From: Candidatus Staskawiczbacteria bacterium
Lineage (GTDB): Bacteria > Patescibacteriota > Minisyncoccia > Minisyncoccales > Staskawiczbacteraceae
Length of the DNA: 64,000 nt
Reading direction: 5' to 3'
NCBI GenBank assembly: GCA_903831095.1
Contig: CAIKWD010000021.1
Location: 1,518-65,517, forward strand
The notes beneath the pieces are model-generated. The model was not told the origin of the DNA and ran no database searches. It was given only the letters and a program-made list of their open reading frames with translations. The translations under genes and the position numbers were made by a program. Shown one piece after another: positions 9,647 to 19,596 of the stretch; within the stretch, counting starts at the first letter, position 1; every line of letters begins with the position of its first letter.

Positions 9647-11356
9647 ATGAAGCTATATATAAAACTTTTTTTAGTCGCTGGAGTTTTTTTCTTTTTGTCT
9701 GGGGTAAATGTGGCAAAAGCTGTCAACACTGGAGACGTTGTCAATTTTAATGTAGATAAAAGTTTTGATGCCAGCAGTAGGACACAAATATCTGCTACTT
9801 TAGTGAAAGTTGGCGCAAAACTTTATTTTTATGTTGAAAAAACATGGTGGGATTCACAAACCTACACAAAACAAAGTGAAATTTTAGTTGATTTGGATAA
9901 TTTGTCCAATGAATTTGATAACAATATATACCCCAAGCTAACATCGACTTTCGGACCAGAATGGAACCCGGGCATAGACAAAGATTCCAGAATTACTATT
10001 TTGTTTGATTCTTTAAATAGTACCGAAGGAGGATATTTTAGGGAAGCAGATGAATACGAAAAATTGCAGCTGCCAAGTTCTAATGAAAGGGAAATGCTGT
10101 ATTTGTCGGTTTCTAATATTACGAATAATAATTTAAGGGTGGTTCTTGGCCATGAATTTACACATTTAATAACTTTCAATCAGAAAAACAAGATTTTTGG
10201 AGTTGAGGAAGATACCTGGCTAAACGAGGCAAGAGCTGATTATTCTTCAACAATATTAGGTTATGACGACCAGTATAATGGAAGCAATCTTCAGCAAAGA
10301 GTTAAAGATTTTATTGAAAATCCATCAGATTCAATAACAGATTGGAATAATACAAAATACGATTATGCGAGTGTAAGCTTGTTTATAAACTATATTGTAG
10401 GCCATTACGGCATAAATATTTTATCTGATTCTTTAAAGTCAAAGTCAACTGGTATTGAAAGTATTAATGGAGCTCTTTTGTACAATAATGCCAACAAAAA
10501 TTTTAGCCAGGTTTTTACTGATTGGACAGTGGCATTGGCTGTAAATGACTGCTCACAAAAAAAGGAATACTGTTATTTGAGTCAGAATTTGAACAGCTTG
10601 AGAGTTAATCCTACGCTTATTTTCCTGCCTCTTTCTGGAAGCAGTTCTTTGTCTACTACAAACATCACTAAAAATTGGTCTGGAAGTTGGCAGAAAATCA
10701 TAGGAGGAAGCGGAAACCTGAAGTTGGATTTTTCTAGCATAGCAGGTTTGAATTTTCAGGTTCCATATGTGCTTTATGACAAGGATAATGGATATTCTGT
10801 TAAGTTTCTTCAGTTAGATAACAATGGGAAAGGGGAAATAAATTTGCAGGATTTTGGGACAAATTACAAGTCTTTAGTTATTATTCCGTCTTTGCAGAGC
10901 AAAATTTCCGGGTTTGAAAACTCAGATCTTATTTATCCGTACAGTTTTGTAGTTTCAATAGTTGGCAAAGATACAGATATAGACAAAGCGCTTTTGATAC
11001 AAAAACTTTTAGCTCAAATTGAATCGCTTAAAAAGCAAATAGCAGATATTTTAGCTCAAAGAGCTATAGCAACTCCGCCAACTGCTTGTTCCCAAATAAC
11101 CAGCAATCTTTCATTTGGAATGTACAATAATGACCAGGTAAGGTGTTTACAGACATTTTTAGGAAGCCAAGGTTCAGGATTTTATTTAGGCTTGGTTACA
11201 GGATATTATGGCCCATTAACTCAAGCTTCAGTGACAAAATTTCAGGAAAAATATGCGTCTGATATTTTAACTCCGGCCGGGCTTAAAATAGGAAACGGCA
11301 TTGTAGACGACAGAACAAGAGCAAAAATTAACCAAATTCTTAAAGCTGGTAAATAA
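9647..11356 (+). CDS. Secreted HExxH-motif protein with C-terminal peptidoglycan-binding-like domain
   Basis: Signal-like N-terminus (MKLYIKLFLVAGVFFFLSGVNVAKA); VLGHEFTHL; C-terminal LQTFLGSQG...GYYGPLTQASVTKFQEKY resembles PG_binding_1. Confidence 0.5.
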   Translation: MKLYIKLFLVAGVFFFLSGVNVAKAVNTGDVVNFNVDKSFDASSRTQISATLVKVGAKLYFYVEKTWWDSQTYTKQSEILVDLDNLSNEFDNNIYPKLTSTFGPEWNPGIDKDSRITILFDSLNSTEGGYFREADEYEKLQLPSSNEREMLYLSVSNITNNNLRVVLGHEFTHLITFNQKNKIFGVEEDTWLNEARADYSSTILGYDDQYNGSNLQQRVKDFIENPSDSITDWNNTKYDYASVSLFINYIVGHYGINILSDSLKSKSTGIESINGALLYNNANKNFSQVFTDWTVALAVNDCSQKKEYCYLSQNLNSLRVNPTLIFLPLSGSSSLSTTNITKNWSGSWQKIIGGSGNLKLDFSSIAGLNFQVPYVLYDKDNGYSVKFLQLDNNGKGEINLQDFGTNYKSLVIIPSLQSKISGFENSDLIYPYSFVVSIVGKDTDIDKALLIQKLLAQIESLKKQIADILAQRAIATPPTACSQITSNLSFGMYNNDQVRCLQTFLGSQGSGFYLGLVTGYYGPLTQASVTKFQEKYASDILTPAGLKIGNGIVDDRTRAKINQILKAGK

Positions 11357-11362
11357 AAATAT

Positions 11363-11869
11363 ATGACTGACAAAAGCCAAGGAGAAGCAGAAATATTGAA
11401 GGCTGATAAAAAAGATGTTCAAAAAATAGCTGAAATTGCTTCAGAAAATTTTTCTGGCTTGAAGGAAAAGAGAAACGCGCTAAAATGGGTGACTTGCAAT
11501 TTTGGAGCATTTCCAAGAATGCAATATTTTGTCGCCAAAAAAGGCAAAGAAATTGCAGGTTATATTTTATGGGTTGAAAAGGGCGGATTTAGGAAACAGT
11601 CTGTTTGGGAGCTAGAGCAAATTGCCGTGCAAAAATTGTTTCATGGACAAGGCATAGGAACCAAGCTTGTGGAGGATTCATTTTTGGAGATTAAAAGTAT
11701 TGTTAAAAAAAGGAATTCAACTTTGAAAGCAGTGGAAGTTACAACAGGTGTAGAAAACGAGGCACAAAACTTATATAAGAAAACAATTGGGGCAAAAGTA
11801 GAATGCGTCGTTAAAGATTTGTTTCGTGGTGACGAAGCTATAATGATTGCTAGATTCAAAGATTTTTAA
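11363..11869 (+). CDS. GNAT-family N-acetyltransferase
   Basis: Acetyl-CoA motif A QIAVQKLFHGQGIGTKLV; 168 aa. Confidence 0.6.
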   Translation: MTDKSQGEAEILKADKKDVQKIAEIASENFSGLKEKRNALKWVTCNFGAFPRMQYFVAKKGKEIAGYILWVEKGGFRKQSVWELEQIAVQKLFHGQGIGTKLVEDSFLEIKSIVKKRNSTLKAVEVTTGVENEAQNLYKKTIGAKVECVVKDLFRGDEAIMIARFKDF

Positions 11870-11870
11870 A

Positions 11871-12839
11871 ATGGTTTTTCAAAAATTAAAGCAAGAATTG
11901 CCTGGAGTAAAGGCAAAAGTTGCATTAAAAAATTATACTACTTATAAAATTGGGGGACCTGCCAAGTATTTTTTTATTGCAAAGTCAAAAATAGATTTGA
12001 TATCTGCTTTAGGTGCAGCGAAAAAATTCAAGTTGCCAGTCTTTATTTTGGGAGGAGGAAGTAATCTTTTAATTTCAGAAAAGGGATTTAATGGCTTGGT
12101 AATTAAGATAGATATTTTGAATATAGATTTTCAAGGAAAAAAAGTTTTTGTTGGAGCTGGAGCTAACATTACAAAATTTGCTTATTTGTCTGCTGATATG
12201 GGACTTTCTGGCGTAGAATGGGCAGCAGGAGTGCCAGGGACAGTTGGCGGATCAATTTATGGAAACGCACAGGCATTTGGCACAAAAATTTCTGATATGC
12301 TAAAAAGTGTAGAAGCAATAAATATTAAAACCTTAGAAGTAAAAAATTTTTCCAGAGAAGAATGCCAATTTTCCCTTAAAAATAGTATTTTTAAGAAAGA
12401 CAAGAATTTGATAATTATTTCTGCTGTTTTTGAATTTGAGGAAAAGGTTCCTGAGCACATAAAAAATCAGATTAGAGAATTTTTGCGATATAGGAGTACA
12501 AAACACCCAATGGATTTTCCGTCTGCAGGATCTACTTTTGTAAATCCGGAAATAAAAATTAAAAATAAGAAGCTGTTAGAAAAATTTCCAGAATTAATTG
12601 AGTATAACGAAAAAGGAGCAATACCTGCGGGATATTTGATACAAAAATCTGGAATTCAGGGAAAGAAAAAAGGAAAAGCCCAGATTTCAGAAAAGCATGC
12701 TAATTTTATTATTAATCTTGGTGGGGCTAAAGCGAGTGAAGTTATGGCGTTAATTAATTTAGCAAAGAAGAAAGTGAAAAAGAATTTTGGCATATTACTG
12801 GTACCAGAGGTACAATTTGTCGGCTTTAGTAAAAAATAA
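11871..12839 (+). CDS. murB: UDP-N-acetylenolpyruvoylglucosamine reductase
   Basis: LKNYTTYKIGGPAKYF, ILGGGSNLL and SAGSTFVNP motifs. ATG at 11871 directly follows the upstream stop. Confidence 0.85.
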   Translation: MVFQKLKQELPGVKAKVALKNYTTYKIGGPAKYFFIAKSKIDLISALGAAKKFKLPVFILGGGSNLLISEKGFNGLVIKIDILNIDFQGKKVFVGAGANITKFAYLSADMGLSGVEWAAGVPGTVGGSIYGNAQAFGTKISDMLKSVEAINIKTLEVKNFSREECQFSLKNSIFKKDKNLIIISAVFEFEEKVPEHIKNQIREFLRYRSTKHPMDFPSAGSTFVNPEIKIKNKKLLEKFPELIEYNEKGAIPAGYLIQKSGIQGKKKGKAQISEKHANFIINLGGAKASEVMALINLAKKKVKKNFGILLVPEVQFVGFSKK

Positions 12840-12912
12840 GGTTGTTTTTATATTGGAAACGTTTTATTATTAATTATGTAGTACTATTTATAAGGTAAAT
12901 AAACACAAATAT

Positions 12913-13293
12913 ATGAAAATTATAATAAATGCGAAGAATTTAGAGCTGACTCAGGTTTTAAAGACATTTATAGAAAAGAAAGTAGGATCTATAAAAAAGT
13001 TTATAAATATCTTAAAGCAGGATACTCCAGAGGGATTAAAAACATTAGCTGAAGTATTTATTGAAGTTGAAAAGGAGTCTAAACACCATAGGAAAGGAGA
13101 AATTTTCTTGGTTAGGGCTCAGGTTGTTCTTCCTGGAAAAACCTTGGCAGCTTCAGCTAACGCTGATGATTTGTTTAAAGCTATTATAGAGGCTAAAGAC
13201 GAGTTAAAGAAGGAAATAGGAAAATACAAATTCAAGAAAATAGATACTATTCGAAGAAAGCAAAGAAAGGCAAAGGAAGAAATAGAAAATTAA
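12913..13293 (+). CDS. hpf: Ribosome hibernation-promoting factor / RaiA family
   Basis: Short-HPF length and N-terminal pattern (IIINAKNLELTQVLKTFIEKKV); classic position upstream of secA. Confidence 0.65.
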   Translation: MKIIINAKNLELTQVLKTFIEKKVGSIKKFINILKQDTPEGLKTLAEVFIEVEKESKHHRKGEIFLVRAQVVLPGKTLAASANADDLFKAIIEAKDELKKEIGKYKFKKIDTIRRKQRKAKEEIEN

Positions 13294-13297
13294 ATTT

Positions 13298-13326
13298 AAA
13301 AGCCACCCTTGAAATAGGGTGGCTTT
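13298..13326 (+). terminator. Rho-independent terminator after hpf
   Basis: aaaaGCCACCCTtgaaatAGGGTGGCtttt. Confidence 0.7.
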
Positions 13327-13353
13327 TCGTATAACCTAAGTATATACAAATAT

Positions 13354-15801
13354 ATGAGCATTTTAACCAAGATATTCGGAGACCCAAATGAGAAGTTTGT
13401 AAAAAAACTTCAGCCAATAATAGAAAAAATAAATTTCTTTGAGCCTGAGTTTGAAAAGTTTTCTGCAGAACAGCTTAAGGACAAAACAAAGGAATTTAAG
13501 GAAAGGCTGACAAAGGGAGAAACTTTGGATGACATACTTCCAGAGGCTTTTGCATTGGTTAGGGAAGCTGGAAAAAGGACTCTTAACCAGAGGCATTTTG
13601 ATGTGCAGTTGATAGGAGGAATTGTGCTCCATCAGGGAAAGATAGCTGAGATGAAGACTGGAGAGGGTAAAACCTTGTCAGCTACGCTGCCAGCCTATCT
13701 TAACGCTCTAGAAGGCCGTGGGGTGCACATTGTTACAGTAAACGATTATCTGGCCAAGCGTGATATGGTTTGGATGGGGCAGGTCTACGACGCTCTAGGG
13801 CTATCTACAGGATGCATTGTCAACGAATCAGGATACGTCTACGACAGAGAATACAAAAATAGTGATAAAGACGAGCTTCGCGACGCAACAGGCAACTTCA
13901 AGGTAATTCAAGACTATTTAAAGCCTGTGCCAAGAAAAGACGCTTATTCAGCAGATATTACTTATGGAACAAACAATGAATATGGGTTTGATTATTTGAG
14001 AGATAATATGGTTTATGAAAAAGGCCAGGAAGCCCAGAGAGGTTTTAATTTTGTGATTGTTGACGAAGTTGACTCAATTTTAATTGATGAGGCCAGAGTT
14101 CCTTTGATAATTTCTGGAGAAGCTGAAGAAGCAACAGAAAAATATTATACATTTGCCAGAATTGCCGACACTTTGGAAAAAGGTACAGATTATGAGTTAG
14201 ATGAAAAAATAAAGTCTGCAACTTTTACAGACCAAGGGCAAAACAAGGTTGTAAAAAGTTTGGGGTTTGACCCATGGTTAGACAACGACATTATCGCTAC
14301 ACATCAATTGGAGTCGGCGTTGAAAGCTAAAGCATTGTTTTTAAAGGATCGAGACTACACAGTAAAAAATGGGGAGATTTTAATTATAGATGAATTTACT
14401 GGCAGGATTTTGCCAGGTCGCAGATGGTCTGCAGGTCTGCACCAGGCAGTTGAAGCAAAAGAAGGAGTTGTGGTTCGCCCCGAGTCCATAACAATGGCAA
14501 CAATAACTTTCCAGAATTATTTTAGGATGTATAAAAAAATATCTGGAATGACTGGAACTGCTTTGACTTCGGCTGAAGAGTTTGACAAGGTTTACAAATT
14601 GGAAGTTGTAGCCATACCTTCACATAGGCCAATGAACAGGCAGGATTTTGCCGATAAAGTTTTTAAAACAGAAGCTGGAAAATTTACTGCAGTAATAAAA
14701 GAAATTGAAGATCTTCACAAAAAAGGCCAGCCAATTTTGGTGGGAACAAGGTCTGTAGAGAGAAATGAATATTTGGGAAAATTATTGGAGGTAAAGGGAA
14801 TTCCACACAATATTTTAAATGCCAAAAATCATGAAAGGGAGGGAGAAATTATTGCTCAAGCTGGTAAAAAAGGAGCTGTAACAATTGCTACAAACATGGC
14901 AGGACGCGGAGTGGATATTATTCTCGGTGGTAATCCACCGAGCCCTGAGGAGACTCGAAGGGTTGGGGAACTTGGAGGCTTGCATGTTATTGGAACAGAA
15001 AGGCACGACGCCAGAAGAATAGACAATCAGCTACGAGGAAGATCAGGCAGGCAGGGAGACCCAGGTTCAACACAATTTTTTATTTCTTTGGAAGACGACT
15101 TAATGAGAATTTTTGGTGGAGATAGAATAAAAGGTTTGATGGGGGTTTTAAAAATTCCAGAAGATGAGCCAATACAGGCAGGAATGCTTTCTGGAGCCAT
15201 TGAATCGGCCCAAGAAAAAATTGAAGGGTTTAATTTTGATGCCAGACATAATTTACTTGAGTACGATGATGTTTTAAACAGGCACAGGGAAATTATATAT
15301 AAGAGAAGAAAAGAATTTTTAGAGAGCGTTGATTTAAAGACAAAAATTTTGGAAATGTTTGCCAAGGCTGGTTTGACCGAGGAAGATTATAACAAAAAAG
15401 AAACAGAAATTGGAAAGGAAAACATGCATGGAATGGTAAGAATAGTTTGTCTGCGAGTTTTGGATATGATTTGGCAGGAACATTTGTCTTATATGGATCA
15501 TGTTAGAGATTCTGTCAGGTTACGAGCTTATGGCGGAAGGGACCCTTTAGTGGAATATAAAAATGAAGGGCACAAGGCTTTTGGCCAATTGCTGGCAACT
15601 ATAGATGCCAACATTGCAGAAAACATTTTGAAAGCTGGTTTGCAAGTTCAGGCCAAACAGCCCGTTCAATCTCATGCAGTTGAGTCTGGGAAAAAAGAAA
15701 TTGGGCGTAACGACGAATGCCCATGTGGTAGTGGCAAAAAATATAAAAAATGCGGAATGTTAAACACCGAAGAACATAGAAAATTAATGAGCCAAAAATA
15801 A
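13354..15801 (+). CDS. secA: Preprotein translocase ATPase SecA
   Basis: MKTGEGKTL Walker A, VIVDEVDSILIDEA, TNMAGRGVDI and C-terminal zinc motif CPCGSGKKYKKCG. Confidence 0.95.
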   Translation: MSILTKIFGDPNEKFVKKLQPIIEKINFFEPEFEKFSAEQLKDKTKEFKERLTKGETLDDILPEAFALVREAGKRTLNQRHFDVQLIGGIVLHQGKIAEMKTGEGKTLSATLPAYLNALEGRGVHIVTVNDYLAKRDMVWMGQVYDALGLSTGCIVNESGYVYDREYKNSDKDELRDATGNFKVIQDYLKPVPRKDAYSADITYGTNNEYGFDYLRDNMVYEKGQEAQRGFNFVIVDEVDSILIDEARVPLIISGEAEEATEKYYTFARIADTLEKGTDYELDEKIKSATFTDQGQNKVVKSLGFDPWLDNDIIATHQLESALKAKALFLKDRDYTVKNGEILIIDEFTGRILPGRRWSAGLHQAVEAKEGVVVRPESITMATITFQNYFRMYKKISGMTGTALTSAEEFDKVYKLEVVAIPSHRPMNRQDFADKVFKTEAGKFTAVIKEIEDLHKKGQPILVGTRSVERNEYLGKLLEVKGIPHNILNAKNHEREGEIIAQAGKKGAVTIATNMAGRGVDIILGGNPPSPEETRRVGELGGLHVIGTERHDARRIDNQLRGRSGRQGDPGSTQFFISLEDDLMRIFGGDRIKGLMGVLKIPEDEPIQAGMLSGAIESAQEKIEGFNFDARHNLLEYDDVLNRHREIIYKRRKEFLESVDLKTKILEMFAKAGLTEEDYNKKETEIGKENMHGMVRIVCLRVLDMIWQEHLSYMDHVRDSVRLRAYGGRDPLVEYKNEGHKAFGQLLATIDANIAENILKAGLQVQAKQPVQSHAVESGKKEIGRNDECPCGSGKKYKKCGMLNTEEHRKLMSQK

Positions 15802-15802
15802 T

Positions 15803-16123
15803 ATGGTTTCTAAAATTATATTTAAGAACGATAAATATAAAAAAAATAGAGGAGGGTACTCAAGACTTTTGTCGTTAACTTGTGATAAATGTAAGAATCC
15901 CATATTTTTATATCAAAAAGATGGCCCAGGAATGTTAAAGCGCCTTTATCTTGATAGAATAATAGCTAAAGAAAAAATTTCAGGAAAAAACTTAATCTGT
16001 AATAAATGTAAGATGTTGCTCGGTATTAGAATAATATATCAAAAAGAAAATAGGCCAGCTTATAGGCTATTTGCTGGAGCAGTTGGGAAAAAAATCGTTA
16101 AACTTGTTGAGCTTAAAAAATAA
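15803..16123 (+). CDS. Small zinc-ribbon protein, function unknown
   Basis: CDKC...(37 aa)...CNKC pair; 106 aa; starts 1 nt after the secA stop. Confidence 0.4.
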   Translation: MVSKIIFKNDKYKKNRGGYSRLLSLTCDKCKNPIFLYQKDGPGMLKRLYLDRIIAKEKISGKNLICNKCKMLLGIRIIYQKENRPAYRLFAGAVGKKIVKLVELKK

Positions 16124-16124
16124 A

Positions 16125-16460
16125 ATGAAAGATAAGTTTCCACCAAAAAAATTGTTGAAATCTGCTTATCGCAGGGAAATGTGGAAAAATGTTGAGGTGA
16201 TTGTAAAGAAGATTGAAAAAGTATTGCCAATATCTTCAGTTCATTTAATGGGAAGTTTTGCATCAAATAAACGAAGACCGGCTGATGTTGATTTTATTGT
16301 TATGTTACAGACGCCGGAAAAAAGGAAAAATGCTAAGTGGTTTGTGGATTTAGTAATTGCTCCGGACAATAAACATGGTAAAGAGTTACTGGAAGACAAT
16401 AAAAAATGGATGAAACAAAAGTATGGAGCAAAAAAATCAGAAGTTATTAGATATCGGTAA
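16125..16460 (+). CDS. Minimal nucleotidyltransferase (MNT-like) domain protein
   Basis: GSFASNKRRPADVDFIV matches the GS...DxD NTase motif. ATG at 16125 is preferred over the 16071 ORF-track start. Confidence 0.55.
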   Translation: MKDKFPPKKLLKSAYRREMWKNVEVIVKKIEKVLPISSVHLMGSFASNKRRPADVDFIVMLQTPEKRKNAKWFVDLVIAPDNKHGKELLEDNKKWMKQKYGAKKSEVIRYR

Positions 16461-17568
16461 AAATAATGTACTTGGTAAAAGAATAATTGCTCATTTGGAC
16501 ATGGATGCCTTTTTTGCCTCGTTGGAAGAAGCGGGAAGTCCTATTTTTAAGGGAAAACCAATTGTAGTTGGATCTGACCCAAAAAACGGGCAAGGAAGGG
16601 GAGTTGTTTCTACTGCAAATTATAAGGCCAGGGAATACGGTATACATTCGGCTTTGCCAATTTCTATTGCCTGGCGACTTTCGCAGAAAGCAAAAGCAGA
16701 AGGGAAAGATGAGGCTGTATTTTTGACGGTTGACTTTGAAAGATATGAAAAAGCCCATGATGAAATTTTAGAAATTATCAAAAAATATTCCAAAGAAGTT
16801 GAACCTGCCAGTATAGATGAATTTTATTTTGACTTGTCTTATCTAAAAAATTACAAGAAAGCGGAAGACATTTGTAAAAAGATAAAAGAGGAAATAAGAA
16901 AGAAATTGAAGGTTACATGTTCTGTGGGAATTGGGCAAAACAAGTTGATAAGCAAGATTTCCGCTGGTATGAAAAAGCCAGATGGATTGGTGGTTGTAAA
17001 AGAAAAAGATTCGGAAAAATATTTGGAGCTTTTACCTGTTAGAAAAATACCTGGCATAGGCCCTAAAACAGAGCAGGTTTTGAAGGACAAGGGAATTGAA
17101 ATTGTAAAAGACTTAAAGAAATTATCAAAGACAGAATTGCGTGAGATACATGGCAAGTGGGGAGAAGATCTTTATTATAAAGTTAGGGGAATTGATGAGG
17201 ACCCAATTGTAGAAAGTAGAGAAGCAAAATCAATTGGAGAACAAATGACATTTGAGCACGATACTCTAAATTTTGTAGAAATTGGAGAAATGTTTGAAAA
17301 TTTGTGCAAAGGAGTTTTCAAAAGTTTTTTGCAAAGTGGATTTAAAACTTTTAAGACTGTGGGAATAACCGTAAGATTTTCTGATTTTGAAACTAAGACA
17401 ACAGCTAAGACTTTGAAAAAGGAATCAAAAAGTGAAAAAGAATTTATTATAGAGACTTTGAAGTTGTTGTTGCCGTACATGGATAAAAGGAAAAACCCAA
17501 GGAAAAAACTAATACGCTTAATTGGAGTAAAAATGGAAAAATTAAGCAGTCAAAACATATTAATCTGA
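16423..17568 (+). CDS. dinB: DNA polymerase IV (Y-family)
   Basis: IAHLDMDAFFASLEE, SIDEFYFDL and C-terminal HhH (IPGIGPKTEQVLKDKGI). The start is uncertain because it overlaps the upstream gene by 38 nt. Confidence 0.85.
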   Translation: MEQKNQKLLDIGKNNVLGKRIIAHLDMDAFFASLEEAGSPIFKGKPIVVGSDPKNGQGRGVVSTANYKAREYGIHSALPISIAWRLSQKAKAEGKDEAVFLTVDFERYEKAHDEILEIIKKYSKEVEPASIDEFYFDLSYLKNYKKAEDICKKIKEEIRKKLKVTCSVGIGQNKLISKISAGMKKPDGLVVVKEKDSEKYLELLPVRKIPGIGPKTEQVLKDKGIEIVKDLKKLSKTELREIHGKWGEDLYYKVRGIDEDPIVESREAKSIGEQMTFEHDTLNFVEIGEMFENLCKGVFKSFLQSGFKTFKTVGITVRFSDFETKTTAKTLKKESKSEKEFIIETLKLLLPYMDKRKNPRKKLIRLIGVKMEKLSSQNILI

Positions 17569-17575
17569 TTTCAAT

Positions 17576-17938
17576 ATGACAAACAATAATTCAAGATCAT
17601 TGGAGATTGCTAAGCAATTTTTGGGAAAGGAAATTGAGATCATAATAGATAGACCTATTGGAAGTAAACATCCAAAATACGATTTTATTTATGAAGTTAA
17701 TTATGGCTATGTTCCAAATACCAAAGCTCCAGATGGAGATGAACTTGATGCTTATTACCTGGGAACTAATGAGCCATTGGAAAAAGTAAAAGGATTTGTT
17801 AGGGCGATTGTTCATAGATTGGATGACGATGATGATAAATTAGTTGTTATGCCGAAAGATTTAGATATGTCATATGAGGAAATAGAAAAACAAATTTTAT
17901 TTCAGGAAAAGTGGTTTAAGTCTAAAATTATCAAGTAA
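17576..17938 (+). CDS. Short inorganic-pyrophosphatase-like protein
   Basis: DGDELDA fits the family I PPase signature D-[SGDN]-D-[PE]-[LIVMF]-D-[LIVMGAC], but the protein is only 120 aa. Confidence 0.45.
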   Translation: MTNNNSRSLEIAKQFLGKEIEIIIDRPIGSKHPKYDFIYEVNYGYVPNTKAPDGDELDAYYLGTNEPLEKVKGFVRAIVHRLDDDDDKLVVMPKDLDMSYEEIEKQILFQEKWFKSKIIK

Positions 17939-17941
17939 ATT

Positions 17942-18817
17942 ATGAGAATATCAAAAATAATTACATTTGTCATAATAGTTGGGGCGTTTGTGGCAGGGGC
18001 ATATTACAGGGATGACGCTGTAAGATTTTATAATGGCTTTAATAAACAAGTGCAGAGTTTTCAGAATACTGATGTTGGTAAAACTATAACTCAGGCCAGT
18101 AAACAAATACTTACTTCTACTCCATTGAAAGTGGGTGGAACAAGCAATAATGTTGTTTTAGTACAAAGCAAAATTGTCATAGAAACAAATTTGCAAAGGC
18201 AGTTAAATGGAAACCTCCCAGCATTAACAGAAAATTCAAGACTTGATGAGGCAGCAGCAGCCAAGGCTAATGATATGTTTTTAAATCAGTACTTCGAGCA
18301 TGTTTCGCCTTCAGGGGTTGGCCCGGGAGATTTAGCGCAGAAATATGGGTATGATTATATTGTTGAGGGAGAAAATTTAATATTGGGAAATTTTTCTTCC
18401 GAAAAAGATGCAGTTGTAGATTGGATGAATAGTCCTGGGCATAGGGCAAATATTTTGAATACTAGGTATACAGAAATTGGAGCTGCCATGATAAAGGGAA
18501 CTTACAAAGGAGAAACTGTTTGGATTGGCGTGCAGGAGTTTGGACTTCCATTGTCTAGTTGTACACAACCAGATGTAAATTTGAAAAATCAAATTGATTC
18601 TGAAAAAATGCAGTTGGATGAATTAGTCTCAGAAATAAATTCAAGAAAAAATCAAATTGAGAGTACAGGGAAATTATCTCCTGCATATAGACAAATGGTT
18701 GAAGATTATAATCAATTAGTTGTGCAATATAATTCGTTGGCTAATGAAATAAAGGGGATTATAAGTAAGTATAACAATACTGTAAATAATTTTAACCAGT
18801 GCTTAGCTGGAAAATGA
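17942..18817 (+). CDS. Membrane-anchored CAP/SCP/PR1-like domain protein with C-terminal coiled coil
   Basis: N-terminal TM; HVSPSG...WMNSPGHRANIL...IGAA pattern of CAP domains. Confidence 0.6.
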   Translation: MRISKIITFVIIVGAFVAGAYYRDDAVRFYNGFNKQVQSFQNTDVGKTITQASKQILTSTPLKVGGTSNNVVLVQSKIVIETNLQRQLNGNLPALTENSRLDEAAAAKANDMFLNQYFEHVSPSGVGPGDLAQKYGYDYIVEGENLILGNFSSEKDAVVDWMNSPGHRANILNTRYTEIGAAMIKGTYKGETVWIGVQEFGLPLSSCTQPDVNLKNQIDSEKMQLDELVSEINSRKNQIESTGKLSPAYRQMVEDYNQLVVQYNSLANEIKGIISKYNNTVNNFNQCLAGK

Positions 18818-19062
18818 AAATAAAAACAATTATCAGAGAATTTCTTGTCAGTTGTTTTATTACTTATTTATTATTGGCAATAAATAATGTATTTTGGAAT
18901 ATAAATGATTTATCTCAATATGAATGGTGTTTTTATGAAAATTGTAGTACTGGTTTGTTTCCGATATTTTACAGTATTGTGATGAATGTTGGAGATTGGG
19001 CCACTATTATTTTTGGTGGCATAATAATTCCATTATTATTCGGAAGGATTAAGAGAAATTAA
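18814..19062 (+). CDS. Small membrane protein
   Basis: Two hydrophobic segments; ATGA start/stop overlap with the upstream gene. Confidence 0.3.
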   Translation: MKIKTIIREFLVSCFITYLLLAINNVFWNINDLSQYEWCFYENCSTGLFPIFYSIVMNVGDWATIIFGGIIIPLLFGRIKRN

Positions 19063-19063
19063 T

Positions 19064-19522
19064 ATGAAGATTGCAGTTGTTTCAGACACGCACAATAACA
19101 TGGCCAATTTCAAAAAGGCCATTGAATGGATAAATAAGGAAAAAATTCAGTTGCTTTTGCATTGCGGGGACATATGTAGTCAGGAAACAATTGATGAAGC
19201 AGAAAAGATTTTTGACGGGGAAATGAAGTTTGTTAAGGGTAATGGAGATTATAATTTAGATTTTCCAGAAAAAATGGAATTGGAATTTAATGGGAAGAAT
19301 ATAGCATTCACGCATTTTCCAGATATTGCAAAAAAAATGGCACAGTCTGGTAAATTTGATTTGGTTTTTTATGGGCATAGCCACCGTGCATGGGATGAAA
19401 AAGTAGGAGAGACTCATATGATAAACCCAGGGGAATTAGCCGGGCAATTTTATAAACCAACATTTGCAGTTTACGATACTGTGAGTGGAAGTTTAGAATT
19501 AAAAATTTTGGAAAAGATTTGA
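19064..19522 (+). CDS. Metallophosphoesterase, YfcE/MJ0936-like
   Basis: VVSDTHNN, HCGD, GNGD and GHSH motifs in canonical order. Confidence 0.8.
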   Translation: MKIAVVSDTHNNMANFKKAIEWINKEKIQLLLHCGDICSQETIDEAEKIFDGEMKFVKGNGDYNLDFPEKMELEFNGKNIAFTHFPDIAKKMAQSGKFDLVFYGHSHRAWDEKVGETHMINPGELAGQFYKPTFAVYDTVSGSLELKILEKI

Positions 19523-19596
19523 CAACATTTGGTATTTTTTATAGTGTAACGTATGTTCTCTGAAAATTTTAATTTTGAATAAGAAAGGGGTGATTT

